Below, piece after piece: positions 1 to 13,773 of a stretch of 64,000 nt of DNA. Position numbers and translations under genes: made by a program. Source of the stretch: Lingula anatina (lineage: Eukaryota > Animalia > Brachiopoda); contig CM120643.1 of assembly GCA_051362555.1 (NCBI GenBank), positions 1,612,001 through 1,676,000 of the forward strand. Direction: 5' to 3'. Under the pieces are notes generated by a model. The model was not told the DNA's origin, did no database searches, and saw nothing but the letters and a program-made list of their open reading frames with translations. Every line of letters starts with the position of its first letter. Position 1 is the stretch's first letter.

Positions 1-866
1 TGCGTTCACATGAAAAATCTATTTTCTAAAAATCTAAAAAGAGATTTGCGGTGATCACGGCCTGTGCCCTGAATATCCCGCTGCGTAATTACTGGCAGCG
101 CCGAGAATTAATTACAGCTTGAAAGTAACTGAAAGTAACTGAAAGTAACTTTGAAAGTAACTGGCCTTTATTTTATAATGGAATGTCAAATTATGCTATT
201 TGGAACAGAGAGTCAAATATTGCTAAAAAAAAAACTTCCACCATTATTTGCCAGTCTAAACAGTGTTAAGTAAGATAAAAATACAAAAATTAAAATAGTC
301 ATTACATGCTAATATATATGCTTCATCACTCTCTTTCAAATGTTAGTAAAATGAATAAGGAGAGCCAGACTGAGCTGAGACTGCATGCTTAATCCTATAT
401 ACTACTACAGGCAGTTCAAGAGGAACACTGTGAATGATTCCGTTCTCTTTAATATGACTTTTATCTTTTTAAAATATGCAAGTATTCAGGACAACGAGAG
501 ACCAGAGATCCCAACTCTAACAGAATTTGTTTAAGGATAATAATTAATAATCATTATCCTTAAAAAATCTGAGAGTCTAGATCGATCAGTGCTGGATGGA
601 AGTCAGATAAATTCGCGTTGTAAGAAACTAAATGTGCAAAGGGATAAATATGTTACTAAATAACACAACTGCCAAGAGATAATATTGATATATAGCGTAT
701 CTTATAGTAATTGACAAATTTCCAACGTCTCATACGTTCTCGGTATACATCGAAAATATACACGGTTGAGAAAAAAAATTGATTTATTTTAAAACAGTCT
801 TCGTAAACAAAATAACATCGAGCTGGCGTTTACGTGCGAATGGTCCACCTATTGCTGGAAGCAGGG

Positions 867-918
<52 letters not shown>
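867..918. repeat. (TA)n microsatellite
   Basis: Direct reading. Confidence 0.95.
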
Positions 919-922
<4 letters not shown>

Positions 923-2360
923 TGGATTTACTATCTTTCTTCTTCTTTGTGGAATTTTTTAACAGAAGTCAGGGTTTTATGGGCATGTACCTTGTGAATA
1001 TACAGATGAATAAATCATACGGTTGTTTAGTATCAAATGCCTTCTTTTGAAGAATTTAAAATTTCATGTCGCATAATTATTTACTGTATTCCCTAAGAAT
1101 ACAGATTGTGGGGTAGGCGAAATGCAATTTCACTTATACTGCTCAGACAATATTTTTCTTATCACTTTTATGTATATTTGATTAAGAATATGATTCAGTT
1201 AACAATTTTTCTTGTTTGTTTTTATTTGAATAATTGTTTGTTTGTTTTTTTCACTTTGACGATATGTCACATTTTCTGTTTCATATTATTCGTTTATTAA
1301 TCTTTACTGTAGACAGGAATTTACACGAATTCTTTTAATGAAACTATTTTTGTGGTTGTGTAGTACTGGTTTTCTTGTTTGTTCCAGTGAGGGTATTTTT
1401 ATTTGACATACATTTCATCATTAATGACATATTATACGTATGCTAGTAGATTTTCAAATTTAAATATTGTGTGTATGGGGCTGTTTTCATTTCTATAGTA
1501 TAGCTTTGCCTCATTCATAATAAAGGTTGCAAAAAGGTAGTAATTACTGACATTATTTTTGAAAAAGAAATCATGGAAAAGAGAAAAATATAGCAATGTT
1601 ACTTTAAGGGAAATGATAAACGTCAGCAAATCTCCAATTCTCTAATACAAGAGCTGGAGACGCCACGTGCTCATGTCAAAAATAATTATGTTTGAAAATA
1701 TAGGAAAACAGATTTGAAAACGAACGAAATGTCTTCGGATAAAATGCGAGGGTGGAAGTCTCAGTTTAGATATCAGTCAATAAAGGGTCGCAGGGGTTAA
1801 AATAAAATCGATCATTGTATAGCAAGTTGGGGATCTAACAGGTAGGGGCGACACAGTGGGAGGGTCCAGATGGTTACAATCATCCTGTTTATGGTATCTT
1901 CACTGGAGGATCCGGAGGAAGTAGCAGCAGTGGAAAAGTAGGAAAAGAAATAAGAGAATCCACCCTTGCAAATCATACAACTAATGCAGTCGCCGCCAGC
2001 AGGCAACGCAAATGCAAACTAATCGTTGATCTATTTTACGTGAGATTTCGATTTTGATTGTTGCTGTGTGTGCTGCGATGTTAACAAGTGTTATCACAGA
2101 TTCAGATTGTTTTCTTCGTCTCATCTAACGCAATGACAGCCGTCGCGCGTATACCACAATTCGTGCCAGAACTCCGCAAACACAATTAATCATCAGTGAG
2201 AGTTATTTTATCTATTTGATTTTTAATAAGCTGAAATTTGTGTGCATGACATTGATCTTTTGTGTCAGTATAATTCATGCACAAGAATGGGTGGGTGCAG
2301 AGAGAGGCGGCAGTAACTGAAAGCGCCCCTACTCCCAATTCCACTTGGCACAGAGAATGA

Positions 2361-2732
2361 CAGTTGCGGATTTAGTGGGTTACCAGGGGGGTTTGACCCC
2401 CCCCCCCCTTTCGATTTCTGAAAAAATCACACCAATGGTCCCCTCTTGAAATTATAATTTTGACTAGCTGTAACTGTAGTTCTAAACCGTACCAAATGGC
2501 ACCGTTCGCTCTTTAAAATACCAATTTTTTCCTGCCCCGAACTCCACACCATGGAGGGGGGAGGGTCAGCTTCCGCAGAACCGCCCCCTCCCCTCTTCCA
2601 TCATATAATTCTGGAACTGCCCCCTCCCCTCTTCCATCATATAATTCTGGAACCGCCCCCTCCTTTCTTCCATCATATAATTCTGGAACCGCCCCTCCCC
2701 TCTTCCATCATATAATTCTGGAACCGCCCCTG
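2361..2732. mobile_element. MITE (CAGTTGCGG...CCGCCCCTG ends) containing a 36-bp minisatellite; related copy in opposite orientation at ~28624-28922
   Basis: Imperfect short TIRs; AATGA on both flanks; shared segment TTCTAAACCGTACCAAAT / ATTTGGTACGGTTTAGAA. Confidence 0.65.
2578..2730. repeat. Minisatellite, ~4.3 x 36 bp (GAACCGCCCCCTCCCCTCTTCCATCATATAATTCTG)
   Basis: Direct tandem copies without spacers. Confidence 0.9.
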
Positions 2733-2749
2733 AATGAAGGGTGGGTTGT

Positions 2750-5700
2750 AATGATGAATTGATAGTGGCAGTATCTGTGAGACTGTAATCGGGCACTCTG
2801 CTCTGCAAACATATCACTCTACATGCACTAGTAATGTGTTTAAATGGTGGATTGTTATGGTGAGGTTATCCCACGTTCGGTATGTGCATGCATTTGCGCG
2901 TTACACCATGCAATTCAAGGAAACAAGACAAGCATGTTATATTTGTTTGAGAAATTATACAGTTTTGGCGCAATTTATGACATTCTTATATATTATAGTT
3001 TAATAGTGGCCGCAAACCCAATTTTACCACATTGCTAACTAATTCATGGAAAGTTGCTACAAATCTTGACTTACTGAAAATCCTTTTAAGAAAATCTTTT
3101 GATCTATTACATATCTGAAATTTATCTGAACGTCAAGTGATAGATTTAAAGAATTTACGACGAGAAGACAGTCAATTGCTGATGACAAACAGATACCTGC
3201 TTCACAGATATTATACATCATACAATATAAGAGCAACATATTACACCAGCACGTAGCTGCTGAAAAATTTTCTCACTGCCCACAAATAGGTTAACCCAGT
3301 AACAGGTTGCTCATATGGCTTAATACGACTCTGATCTATACCATTTCATCTGTATTTGTATTCTGTATCTACAACAAAGAGTGCTTTGCGATAACAGAGG
3401 AAATACTCATGAGATGAAATGTGCTAAATGATCACGAGGATAGCATGAGGTAGAGCAAGTTAGACGTGACCTGCAAACACGTACAGGTAGATCTGTTTTC
3501 TGTAGGATAAATGACAAATGCTGAAATAGGGTGTTGCTAATGCAGGACCTCACGTGAGAATCAATTGAGAGAATAACAGATTTAGAAAGACTAAGCATAA
3601 ACAACTTGATTTGGCCTCGTTTTAACATTATGTTTTCGAGATATATAGACTACCGATCTTAGATGATAGAAATGTCAGGTTGAGCCCAGTAAGAACCAAC
3701 ATCTGAAGTTATGAGCCCAGTAAGAACCAACATCTGAAGTTAAGAGGCATTGTGGAACTATATAATATATGATGTTGAAAAATGCACTGGTCGTCGAATA
3801 AGTTAGGGAAATACATGTAATCACGTCCACATGTGCCTATCATTCATAAGGTTTCACGTACAACAAGGTATGTCAATTTGTGTTGGATAAATATATATAC
3901 TGTCTCACCGTTGGGTTTGCAGATTACTGATGACAATGTGGTGTGGATAGGAATGTAGTAGATAAAGATGCTGGTTTTGAACAAGAGACTGAAGTGTGGA
4001 TTGAAAACAATATGCTCATTGGAGGTAAGGCAAAAAGAATATGGTTGAACACGATATTCAGTATAATTTAAATTTTGAAACTAGAACTGGTGATGCCAAC
4101 GCGATACACCAAGGGAAGCACGATACACACACACACTCACACACACACACACCCATATACAGACTTGACATTTAATATGGAATATTTTTTTCCAAATCAC
4201 TTTTCATCAAATTTTTCCTATTTAACTGACTGATAAATGAAAATAGGGATTAAAATCGTGTTTTAATAACTTTAAATAATCTCTTCGATGTAATTGTGAC
4301 ATCAGTTCATTAATTGAATTCGCCCTTGAAGCAAACAAAAATGCATTGCCTGTTTTATGTCATACAATAACCATTAAAATCGGTATTTTGGATCTCCATA
4401 TTTTACAAATTATCGTCTGTAAAAGAGTTACACGCCCCACAAAGGACCCTCATGTCAGTGTCTAATCACAGCAACGGTCGCTGTTACGTCTGACTTGGTC
4501 TAGCTGCTTCCAGGTCTCTCAAGCGGCAAGGCATTTCTTGGGATAGTTTTTTAGAGTTCAATCTGGAATAACATTCCAGGCATTGGTCAAAACCTGTCCA
4601 ATTTGGTTCAGTTTTGTCGCACGACATGTAGGCCGTTGGTTCGGCTAGTAATGGCCTACCCACATATTGTCTATGTGGTTCAAATTTGGCAATATTGATG
4701 ACCAAGGTTGCTGCTCATTCTGCTGGTTCTGTAAGTTATCTGCTAATAAAAGTGCTCTGTGTGAACCGGCACTTTCACCGTGCTACCTAAAATTGTTCCT
4801 AAGGCGCCCCCTATCAAATGATAGTCAAGTGGTTCCCAGATTATTCCTTTATTTGATCTGGTTCAGGTTTTCATAGATGACTACTATTGGTGTTTTGGCA
4901 CCAATGTGGTATCCAGTCCAAATACTGACGCTGTCAATGACCCTAGTCACTTTATAGACTCGACACACTCTTCATCTTAGGCCTCTTCTGGATGTCTGTA
5001 AACTCTGTTTTGACTAGTTGAGCGGTACAGGTGAAATCTGACCTCAGTAAATAAAGCCACGCGATTTCAGTGTTCTACCCAGAAACGGTCATGGTCCCCA
5101 GTTCATTAAAGAAACAGACGACGCTGTTTTGCCGTTTACAGTGGGTTCCCCGGAGGTCGTCTGGTATTCTAACCTGCTAAAACAAGTTTGTTGTTCGATA
5201 AGGGCCTTGAAAAACGCGTTTTGACAGCAATTTACCCCTCATTCTGAACGGACTGGGTGTTTTTTGTTTAGTTGCAGCACCATATCCCGAAAGGCAGTGA
5301 GTCCTGTACCATGGTGGGAAGATTTTGATACATTGGGTGTGGCCTCTGTGTAGGTACATCAGTCTGGGCATTACTCTATAAAACTGTGCGGACCGTTCTG
5401 TTTGGCGCAATAATCTGTCTGGCAATGTCTGTCTTTTTAGCACCATTCTACCACAGATAAAATTTTTTATAAATCACCACTTAGTTCTTTTTACGCACTG
5501 CAAAACCGACCGCTTGCATGCAAAATTTCAAATTTTTTTATGCAATAGTATAGATACTTTTTTGACAGAACCATGCTTTGGCACACCCAAGCATGAACCA
5601 GTCCAAAGGAGCACTACCCAATTAAATCATTGCATAATACACAATACAGCAGTGCAATAGACATGGTAGTCAGTTCATTAGTAGCGACACACCTGACTAC

Positions 5701-8700
5701 ACACTTCTCCATTCACATATCTTATATGAGATCTGATTTTTTTTGAAAAAAGAATGCAATTTTACCAAGGCATACATTCGAAACTAAAATATTCCATATT
5801 AAATGTCAAGTCTGTATATAAAATGGTTGCTTTGTTCAAGATATAGGAAAAAATGAGACCAGTATGATTGTGGACCACTTCTACTGTTAAGGCTATTATC
5901 CATAGTTATTTGGTCGTAATTGTATTATGCTGAATTCCACCTTATCTTTTCACTTTTGTTAATATTCCGCAGGGTGAAAGCTAGCCAAAGTTGAGCAATG
6001 AACACGGCAACATACGCCTTCGTAGCATTGACTGAAATGACTTCATCTGTGTAATTTTTATATGCTTATTTTAATAAGAATTAAACTTAAAAGTTTGATT
6101 ATTTCTGATCACATGCATGTGTGTATCGAAAAAAGTCTTCAGTATCAGTCTAGAAGTGAGAAAAGACTGACCCGACCCCCACTACAGGTCAGGTAGCTCT
6201 GAGTTCGTGTTTACCAGGGGTAGTGGGGTGCATGAAGGATATCAGAAATGAAACTTCCTTTTTCTCTAATGTCCTACATGCAATGATGAAAATGACATTA
6301 AATCTGCTTAATTGTTAAAGCCAGTTAATGCCAAAGAGTAGGAGGTGTCTCTTTAAAGTATATGACATGATTTGTGTTACCTGATGCACTTTAAGAAATA
6401 TCTGATACTAACCCAGTCTATTCATTATGACGTACTTTAAAGTGTTAATACTAAATAGTACACACATTGTCCTCAAACCCCATTTACTCTGTTTACTGAA
6501 TTGTTTGGAGCTGTTACAATTCCCTATTTATCGTATCCGGGAAAATGTAAAGCAAAGGTGTGGTAATATAATATCACGACTTACTTACCCCTTAATTAAA
6601 AACAGAAAAGTAATGTTGTATTCACACGTGAACAATTTGGATAAATCTACGAGTGAACAAAACAATTTTCAGTCCAACTCATCAGCTTCACAAGCAACAA
6701 ATACAGGAGCTGTTTCTGTCTCCTCTATCCCAGTGTACCATAAACTTTCATAGTCCTATTTACAACAAGAAAGAAGGCAAGAAGCATATCGATTATTCGA
6801 GATTTGACCAAACAAGGCCACTTTATTATATACACCCTATCCTAATCATTTTAACAATTTAACAATGTAACAAATTGTTGCCTGTATTACATGATATGAC
6901 CTTAGGGATGAGGGATTATATCAAATATTCAATAAGACTCATCATTCTAAAAGTCATCAAAAGTTATTATTTACAGACAATTTTGCAAAACATTCGTTTG
7001 TGGGGTTGCAAAGAGTTCATTGTTGTCTGTATTATATGGTATAGTCCAAGAGATAAAAATGTATATGAAATATTCAATAAGATTATTATTTTAAAACTAA
7101 AGATTTATGTTGAAAGTTGGAGAATAAGTTCTTGCTTAAAATCACCTACTATAAGTAGCAACATGTGCTGCAATGGAGACTGCCCCTCTAGGGGCAACGT
7201 TGTAACTTCAATTGTATTTGAAAATGCAAACGTTAATGGAAGTAAGAACATAGGATTGTGCAAACCAAGAAGGGAAAGATAGATGTAGAAATGCATTTTG
7301 AAATGCTAATTTAAACTAGAAAAGCACCCCGAGAGTGCAGAATTCCGCCAAGGCAGCAGTTTTTGATTATCATTGATTATTGATCACGATCACCACCAAT
7401 TATCTCTTACATGACACACTTCTGACAGTTCCTGAAAATTTCCTCAATATCGGTAAATAACTTTTTGAGTTATGTTGATGACAAACAGACAGACAAACAA
7501 ACAATTTTTTTAGAATATTTGACGGCCTGTCATACTCTAAAATATTATATTCCTTTTAAATCACTTAAATGGTTTCAGAAATGTGATTTAAACGTTGAAT
7601 TTCCATTAGTGCAGGGCTCCATTTGACACGGAAGATATATTTAGTCGACTTTTGTAGAACGCAGTAAATTGATTGAATTATTTAACCTAACCGCGAACAG
7701 GCTAAAACGGCGGAAAATACAAATTATTTTAATGTTAGAACTTACGATATTTATAGGCAAGTCAAATTCCAAAATATCATATTGCTTTTAAATGGTTTCA
7801 GGGATGTGATTTTAATGAAAAACAAATGGTGATTTTCCATAAATATAGCATACAGTTTGACACGTAAGATACATTTAATTGAATTGATTGAATTTTTTAA
7901 CCTTTAAGTTTTATCTTCAACGTTTACCACAAATGTTTTTTTTTTTCTGGCTCTACTACTTCATTTAATATGCGACGTCTTTGCTATTGCCATCATTTTT
8001 TACCTTAGCTCCCAAACACTAATTAAAATCTTCAGATGAAACAGAATACACCAACAAAAAAGAAACGACAACATATGGCAGTTGAAAATAATTTTTTTCA
8101 GTCGTATATTATAACGGAGTGACTGAGGGATTGACAAATGATTAACTCGCAATGTAATTCTTTCAAAAGCTCAGGCAACACCATGAAACAGCTTGAAAAA
8201 ATATAGAATTTGACATAAATCAAAATAAAAAGACATGACTAAGAATAAATGTTTTTAATTCTTGAAGTTAGATTGATCATAAGAAGCCGGGTTTTATTAT
8301 TAAGGCATTTGGGGACAATAATCAAATTAGAATCTCTCTTAGTCATTAACATAATCATATACTGAATATTTTTAAATAAGACAGTAACGCACTGAATGCA
8401 GGCGACGGTTGAGTCATTTTCAGTCTCATTTAGTTTTATCCCCACTGGTTATGCGTGCATCGTGAAAACGCCCCATTCCGATGGGTAAAAAGACTGGCAC
8501 GACTCCTACTTAATCTGGATAGTGTTCTTAAGGGGTAGGGGTGAGGGTATCAGAAATGAAAGTCTATTTTACTCTAATGTTCTACATACAATGACGAAAA
8601 TGACATTAAATCTGTTACATTCAATATGTAAAAGAGTGACAGAAGGAGTCGGCAGTGACTAAAAGCACCCCTACCTCCAATGTCACGTGACACAGAAAAT

Positions 8701-11220
8701 GAACAGTGGGTAGTAGTAGTGAATTAACACAGTCAATGGGCAGAGAGTGGCAGTGTTTGTGAGGCTGTAATCTGGTCATTCTGCTCTGTAAACCTGACAT
8801 CATTCTACTAGGTGACAGTATGCTGACAGAGGAGACTGCAATACTGCCATATATTGTGCATTCTAAATGTACTAGTAAGGAGTTTTAATGGTAGATTTTC
8901 ATGGTGAGATTATCCCACTTTCAGTATATGCGTGTATTTGCGCGTAACACCATGCAATTCAAAGAAACGAGACAAGCATGTTTTATTTGTTTGAGAAATT
9001 ATACAGTAATGGCGTAATTTATGATATTCTTATGTATCATGGTGTAATAGTGGCCGCAAACCCATATTTCAGCTCGCTAAATTATTAATGGAAAGTTGCT
9101 ACATTCTGATGATCAGCATTTCTGTAAAAAATCTAGTCTTATCGGCAATCATTTTAAGAAAAAATTGATTTATTACATCTCTCAAAATCATCTGAGCATC
9201 AAGTGAAAGATTTGAAGAATTTACGCGGAATAGAGTCCATTCCTCACAAACTGATACCTGCTTTACAGATATTATACAGCATACAATATAAGAGCAGCAT
9301 ATAACACCAGCACATAGCTGCTGATGAATATTCTCACTGACCACAAATAGGTTAACCCAGTAACAGGTGCTCACATGGCTACACTGATCTGCTCCATTTC
9401 ATCCATTCTGTATCTACAGCGAAGATAGTTTTTGTCATAACAGGGGAAATATCTATGAAATGAAATCTGCTAAATCACCACGAGGGTAGTATGAGGCAGA
9501 GCAAGTTTGACGTCACCTGCATACACGTAGATTTCTTCTTCTATAAGTTGAAGACAAATACTGTGGTAGATCTTATATGATACAATTGTCAGGTTGAGCC
9601 CAAGAAAAAGCCTAGAAAGATCCAAGATCTAAAATTATGACGGTCGAAGATAATACTGATGTAACGGGACATGGTGGAACTAAAATATGATGTTGAACAA
9701 TGTGCTGACCATTAAATCTGCGCGGTGAAAAATCAATTTTCAGGTCAACTCATCAGCTTTACAAGCGACGTCCAAATACAAGAGCTGTTTCTCCAGTACA
9801 GGTAAATTTCGCCCTCATAAGATAAATTAACACAGTATCAGATAACTCATATGTCTTGACCATGGCATTAACAGCTTGTATTTAAAATATTGTACCTTAC
9901 AACAGATTGTCGTTTAATATAATAAATTAAAGATATTTATTTTGTTAATCTATTGAAATAAATGACCATGAGTGGGTAAGGTATACCATGTTTGATACAG
10001 CCTCTGTGTATGTAAATGGGTTCTTATTTTATGGTAAATGGACAATGTTGTTATTTAAATTGTATTTGAAAATACAAACGACACTGGAAGTTAGGACTTA
10101 AGATTGTGCAAATCAAGAGGGGGAAAAACAGATGAAGAAAGACTGACTGGGGAAATTAAATGCTTATTTTGAAATGCTAAGTATAAAGAAATATTTCTGG
10201 GGAATTTATAGGCCCGTCACATTCTAAAATATCATATTGCTTTTAAATCACTTGAAAGGTTTCAGAAACGTGATTTAAACGTTGATTTCCCACATATGCA
10301 GAGTTCCCTATGACATGTAAGATACATTTAATCTTGAATTTGATAGAACGTAGAAAAGTGATTTAATTATTTAGATATTGAGGGTTTTATGGTGAACGTT
10401 TACCACAAAAGGAAGCTTTCAGGCTCAGTTTCTTCTTTAAATATGCGACGTATTTGCTTTTTTCGTCATATTTTACCTCAGCTCCAAAACACTTTCTAAA
10501 ATCTTCAGATAAAACAGAATACACAAATGGCAACATATGGCAGTAAAAAAACAGATTTTGCTACTAATCAATCATAACGCAGTGACTGGGGATGGGGAAT
10601 GATACTTATGCCATTTCTTATCCTCTGTGGAAATCACAGTGAGACATTGGATTTAGAGGGGGTAAATGTTATAAATTTGAATAAATGGAATAAAACTACG
10701 TGGAATTAGGGGTGGGACAACCCCTTTGACCAATATTGCATAATGATACCAGTTACAGTATTAAATGAAAATTGAATGTCGATTTTAAATTAATAGACCG
10801 TTTCTTTTGACACGTAAGATACACGGAATCTCAAATTTTGATAGCACGTAGTGAAAGTCATTTAATGATGTGTGCCTTGAAGGTTTTATGTTCAACGTTT
10901 GTGGCAAAGAGAAGCATTCAGTTGGCTCAAACACTTCATTAAATATGCGACGTCTTTCTTATTGCCATCACATTTTACCTCAGCTCCCAAACACTAATTA
11001 AAATCTTCATATAAAACAGAATATACTAAAAAAGCAGAAATGGCAACATATGGCCTTTGAAAGTAAAGGTTTGCCTATCGAGAATCAAAATGGAGTGACT
11101 GAGAGATGGACAAATCACAAACCCGCAACGCACTTCTTTCAATAACTCAGACAACACCACGAAACAGCTTCAACAAATATAGAGGTGGTCAGAAATCGCA
11201 ATAAAATGTCATGATTAACA
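2750..11220. repeat. Gene-less partial copies of the intergenic duplication blocks (homologous to ~23600-26380 and ~42460-43690 + 47930-49000)
   Basis: Blocks such as CACCATGCAATTCAA...ACAAGCATG (2905, 8948, 23754) and AATATGCGACGT...CTCAGCTCC...AATCTTCAGATGA (7967, 10440, 10942, 26215, 48724) recur. Confidence 0.85.
4160..5814. mobile_element. Decayed DNA transposon with ~29-bp perfect TIRs flanked by TA
   Basis: CAGACTTGACATTTAATATGGAATATTTT at 4160 and its reverse complement ending at 5814; interior is more GC-rich and looks like degenerate coding sequence. Confidence 0.8.
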
Positions 11221-13208
11221 GTACATACCCTCCCCCCACCTATTCAGGTACCAGAAGAAAATGTTAGTGTTACCTGTAGAAACAAGAACGACAGGCACGT
11301 ACTCCTTATTCGTGGTCCGTGAGGATTTCTAAAATTATACGTGTCTCAATTTAAGGCATTAGTATGAAGTATTATTTTGCAGTTCCTTAATACCACAGCG
11401 ACTTTACAGAGCAATAAATACCCGATATTGTATATTTTACATATTCATTGGATAAATGAGCATTTCTCTTGGCTTATTTTGTAATTTACATTACAAAAAC
11501 GGACCAAAAGATTTCGAAATACTTTTTACCATACTGCCTAAACACGTACCTGTGAACTCTGGCAATTCATGAACCTTTAACTTTGAAAAGGATGACAAGC
11601 AATATATACTGACAGTCAATGAAAACGCATCGGAAAACTTTGGTGTACTTTTTTTACCGAGAATCGATTCCAACCATATAAACGAGTACAAATGCATTTG
11701 TTTGGTCATAAGAGAGTCGGATGACAACTATTTCATATTTCACATGTTTCACACGAAAACTGATATTTTCTTAATATGTCAAAGGAATTAAAAGTATTAT
11801 TTGATAAATAAATGACGCGCGTTCATTGACTGGCAGTATATTTTATTCTTAATATTATTTCAATATTTATTTTAAAAGTTACTTGAATCTAATTCCATTT
11901 TTAATACTTTATCTCTATATTTCATATATACATTCAAAAATATCACTAACTCTTAATCATTCTTATCTATGTGATCAAAGTTATACCGTAAAAGAAATAT
12001 GGCTGAGCATATAAATCTGTCTGAACATATTAATGGTATCATATCAAGTGTGTATAGCGTGGAATACACATGGACGTAATAAGGTGAAAAAATTAAGTTT
12101 TATAAAAAGGAATGAATTTCATTCTATACCACAAAAAAATTCTGCTTAAGACGGCTGGAACCCGCATTAATTAAGCGAGAATGTCTTCAAAAATACTAAA
12201 TATTTCAAATATTAGGTAAAATCAGTGATTAAGAATCTATTTTAGGGTTCTTTGTGGTTTTATTAAGAAAGGCTTCTCGGTTTTACTGGATGGTTTGAAG
12301 ATTTTCTTAATTTTCCTTGGAGGGGGGGAGGGGGTGTTGGCGAGACACCAAAACTCAAGGATTGAGGATTGTTGATGTTGATTGTTGATGTGAATGGACT
12401 GGCACAAAAAATAAACAGTTTTTATGGTCCCCTTGTATGAATATATTGTCTTATGTCTGGGACGATATTTAGTTTGTAGGTCATTACTCATTAATTGAGC
12501 AACAGCCTTGTAATGTTATGAGGCAATGAAACCGGTTGATTGAGAAAGAAAAGGGGTTGAGGTTGGGCTAGTTCAAAGACATTACTTTGGCATAACATGG
12601 GATTGACTGGCAGATTTGAATACCTCTACACCATATAGCAATTTCGCCCAGATCTTACCATTCTGCTCTACATTGGCGTCACAGTATATATCGTTGCTCT
12701 AATGATTGAAAGTTTTTTTAATGTCTAGGACAGTTTTGTAGTAGCTGAGCAATTTTGAATTAATAAATTATAATATATTTGAAGTCGTTAAAACGACTTA
12801 AAATGTATTAGAATGAAATATTTTAACTAGATTTAGGCCCTTAGCTAGTAATTTCAAAAGGGTGGGCTCTTTTTTTCTGAAAAAAAAAAGACCGTTTACC
12901 ATGAAACCTTCATGATCCTAGAATAAATTGTACCCAGGGGAACGTTTTCTCGGCAAAAAGGGCGATTTTTTTTTCGTTCCTCAGAACCCGCCCAGGCTAC
13001 GGGACTGAGATAATTTATTAGTCATCGCAGAAGATCTCGGCTGCAGCGAAATGGCAAAGACCACCATAGCATGATTTGAAATTCACTGTAAAATTTGAAT
13101 AAGAGAGATATTAAATGGACATTGCAGTTCTTCTCTCTATCTTAGTTTCTTTATTTTTATTAGTAAACCCACAACTCATCTGCATTAACCTACACACCTT
13201 GGTAGAAC

Positions 13209-13310
13209 GCGCATGCGCAATCTCACTTTGCCAACGTGGAAAATATACTACGTGCCCACCTTTAAAAGTTGTATAAATGAGAAGAACGAGACAAAGAGCG
13301 CCGCAGTTGC
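13209..13310 (+). promoter_or_regulatory. Putative core promoter of copy 1: GCGCATGCGC palindrome, two ACGTG motifs, TATAAA (13272-13277), Inr-like GCAGTT ~30 bp downstream
   Basis: Motifs read directly; TATA-Inr spacing typical; same arrangement before copies 2 and 3. Confidence 0.6.
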
Positions 13311-13364
13311 CATTTTTCATTCTAGTCTGCTACACATTTGACAAGAAAAGACATTATCTTGAAG

Positions 13365-13545
13365 ATGACAGGACAAGGAGGCATGGCCGTGCTTCTGATC
13401 ATCGCTTTGACAACGGTGACATCCGTTACTGGCGCGGGTCCCATCCCCCTTACTGCGGACGAAGAGGCGCAAAGAGACGCTGCTGCGGCTGCGATGGCTA
13501 ACCTTCCAGCCGAGGATCAGGTGGCACTGCCTCCCGGTCCAATAC
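13365..13545 (+). CDS. Secreted single-VWD protein, copy 1, coding exon 1 (signal peptide + pro-piece, MTGQGGMAVLLIIALTTVTSVTGAGPIP...LPPGPI); spliced CDS 13365-13545,18259-18524,20447-20773 = 257 aa
   Basis: ATG at 13365 downstream of TATAAA; hydrophobic signal-like N-terminus; C|GTAAGT phase-1 donor at 13546; homologous exons at 30528 and 50806. Confidence 0.88.
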
Positions 13546-13773
13546 GTAAGTTATTTTTCACTGAAATTGCAAACGTGACCGAATATAAAAAACGAAAATT
13601 AATCGTTCATGACTTTAACCCAGGTGTTGGCAAAAATGTCCTTCTGCTGCAGCGTTTAACTAGTTCGGTCATATAACGCTACAGTACTACAGATTTACGT
13701 TATGAAGTATTAGGTTAAGATTTTAAGTTCTCAAAAGTGTGTTTAACGTCAAATTTGTAAATCTGTATTTGTC

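Noticed and set aside
2578-2730. CRISPR-like array of 36-bp repeats, and ORF 2566-2817
   Set aside because: Contiguous tandem units with no unique spacers, eukaryotic context, no cas genes
13338-13676. Single-exon ORFs 13338-13676, 30399-30758 and 50680-51057 as complete proteins
   Set aside because: Protein similarity collapses at the conserved GTAAGT donor; the upstream extensions use non-ATG starts, which for copies 2 and 3 lie 5' of the TATA box
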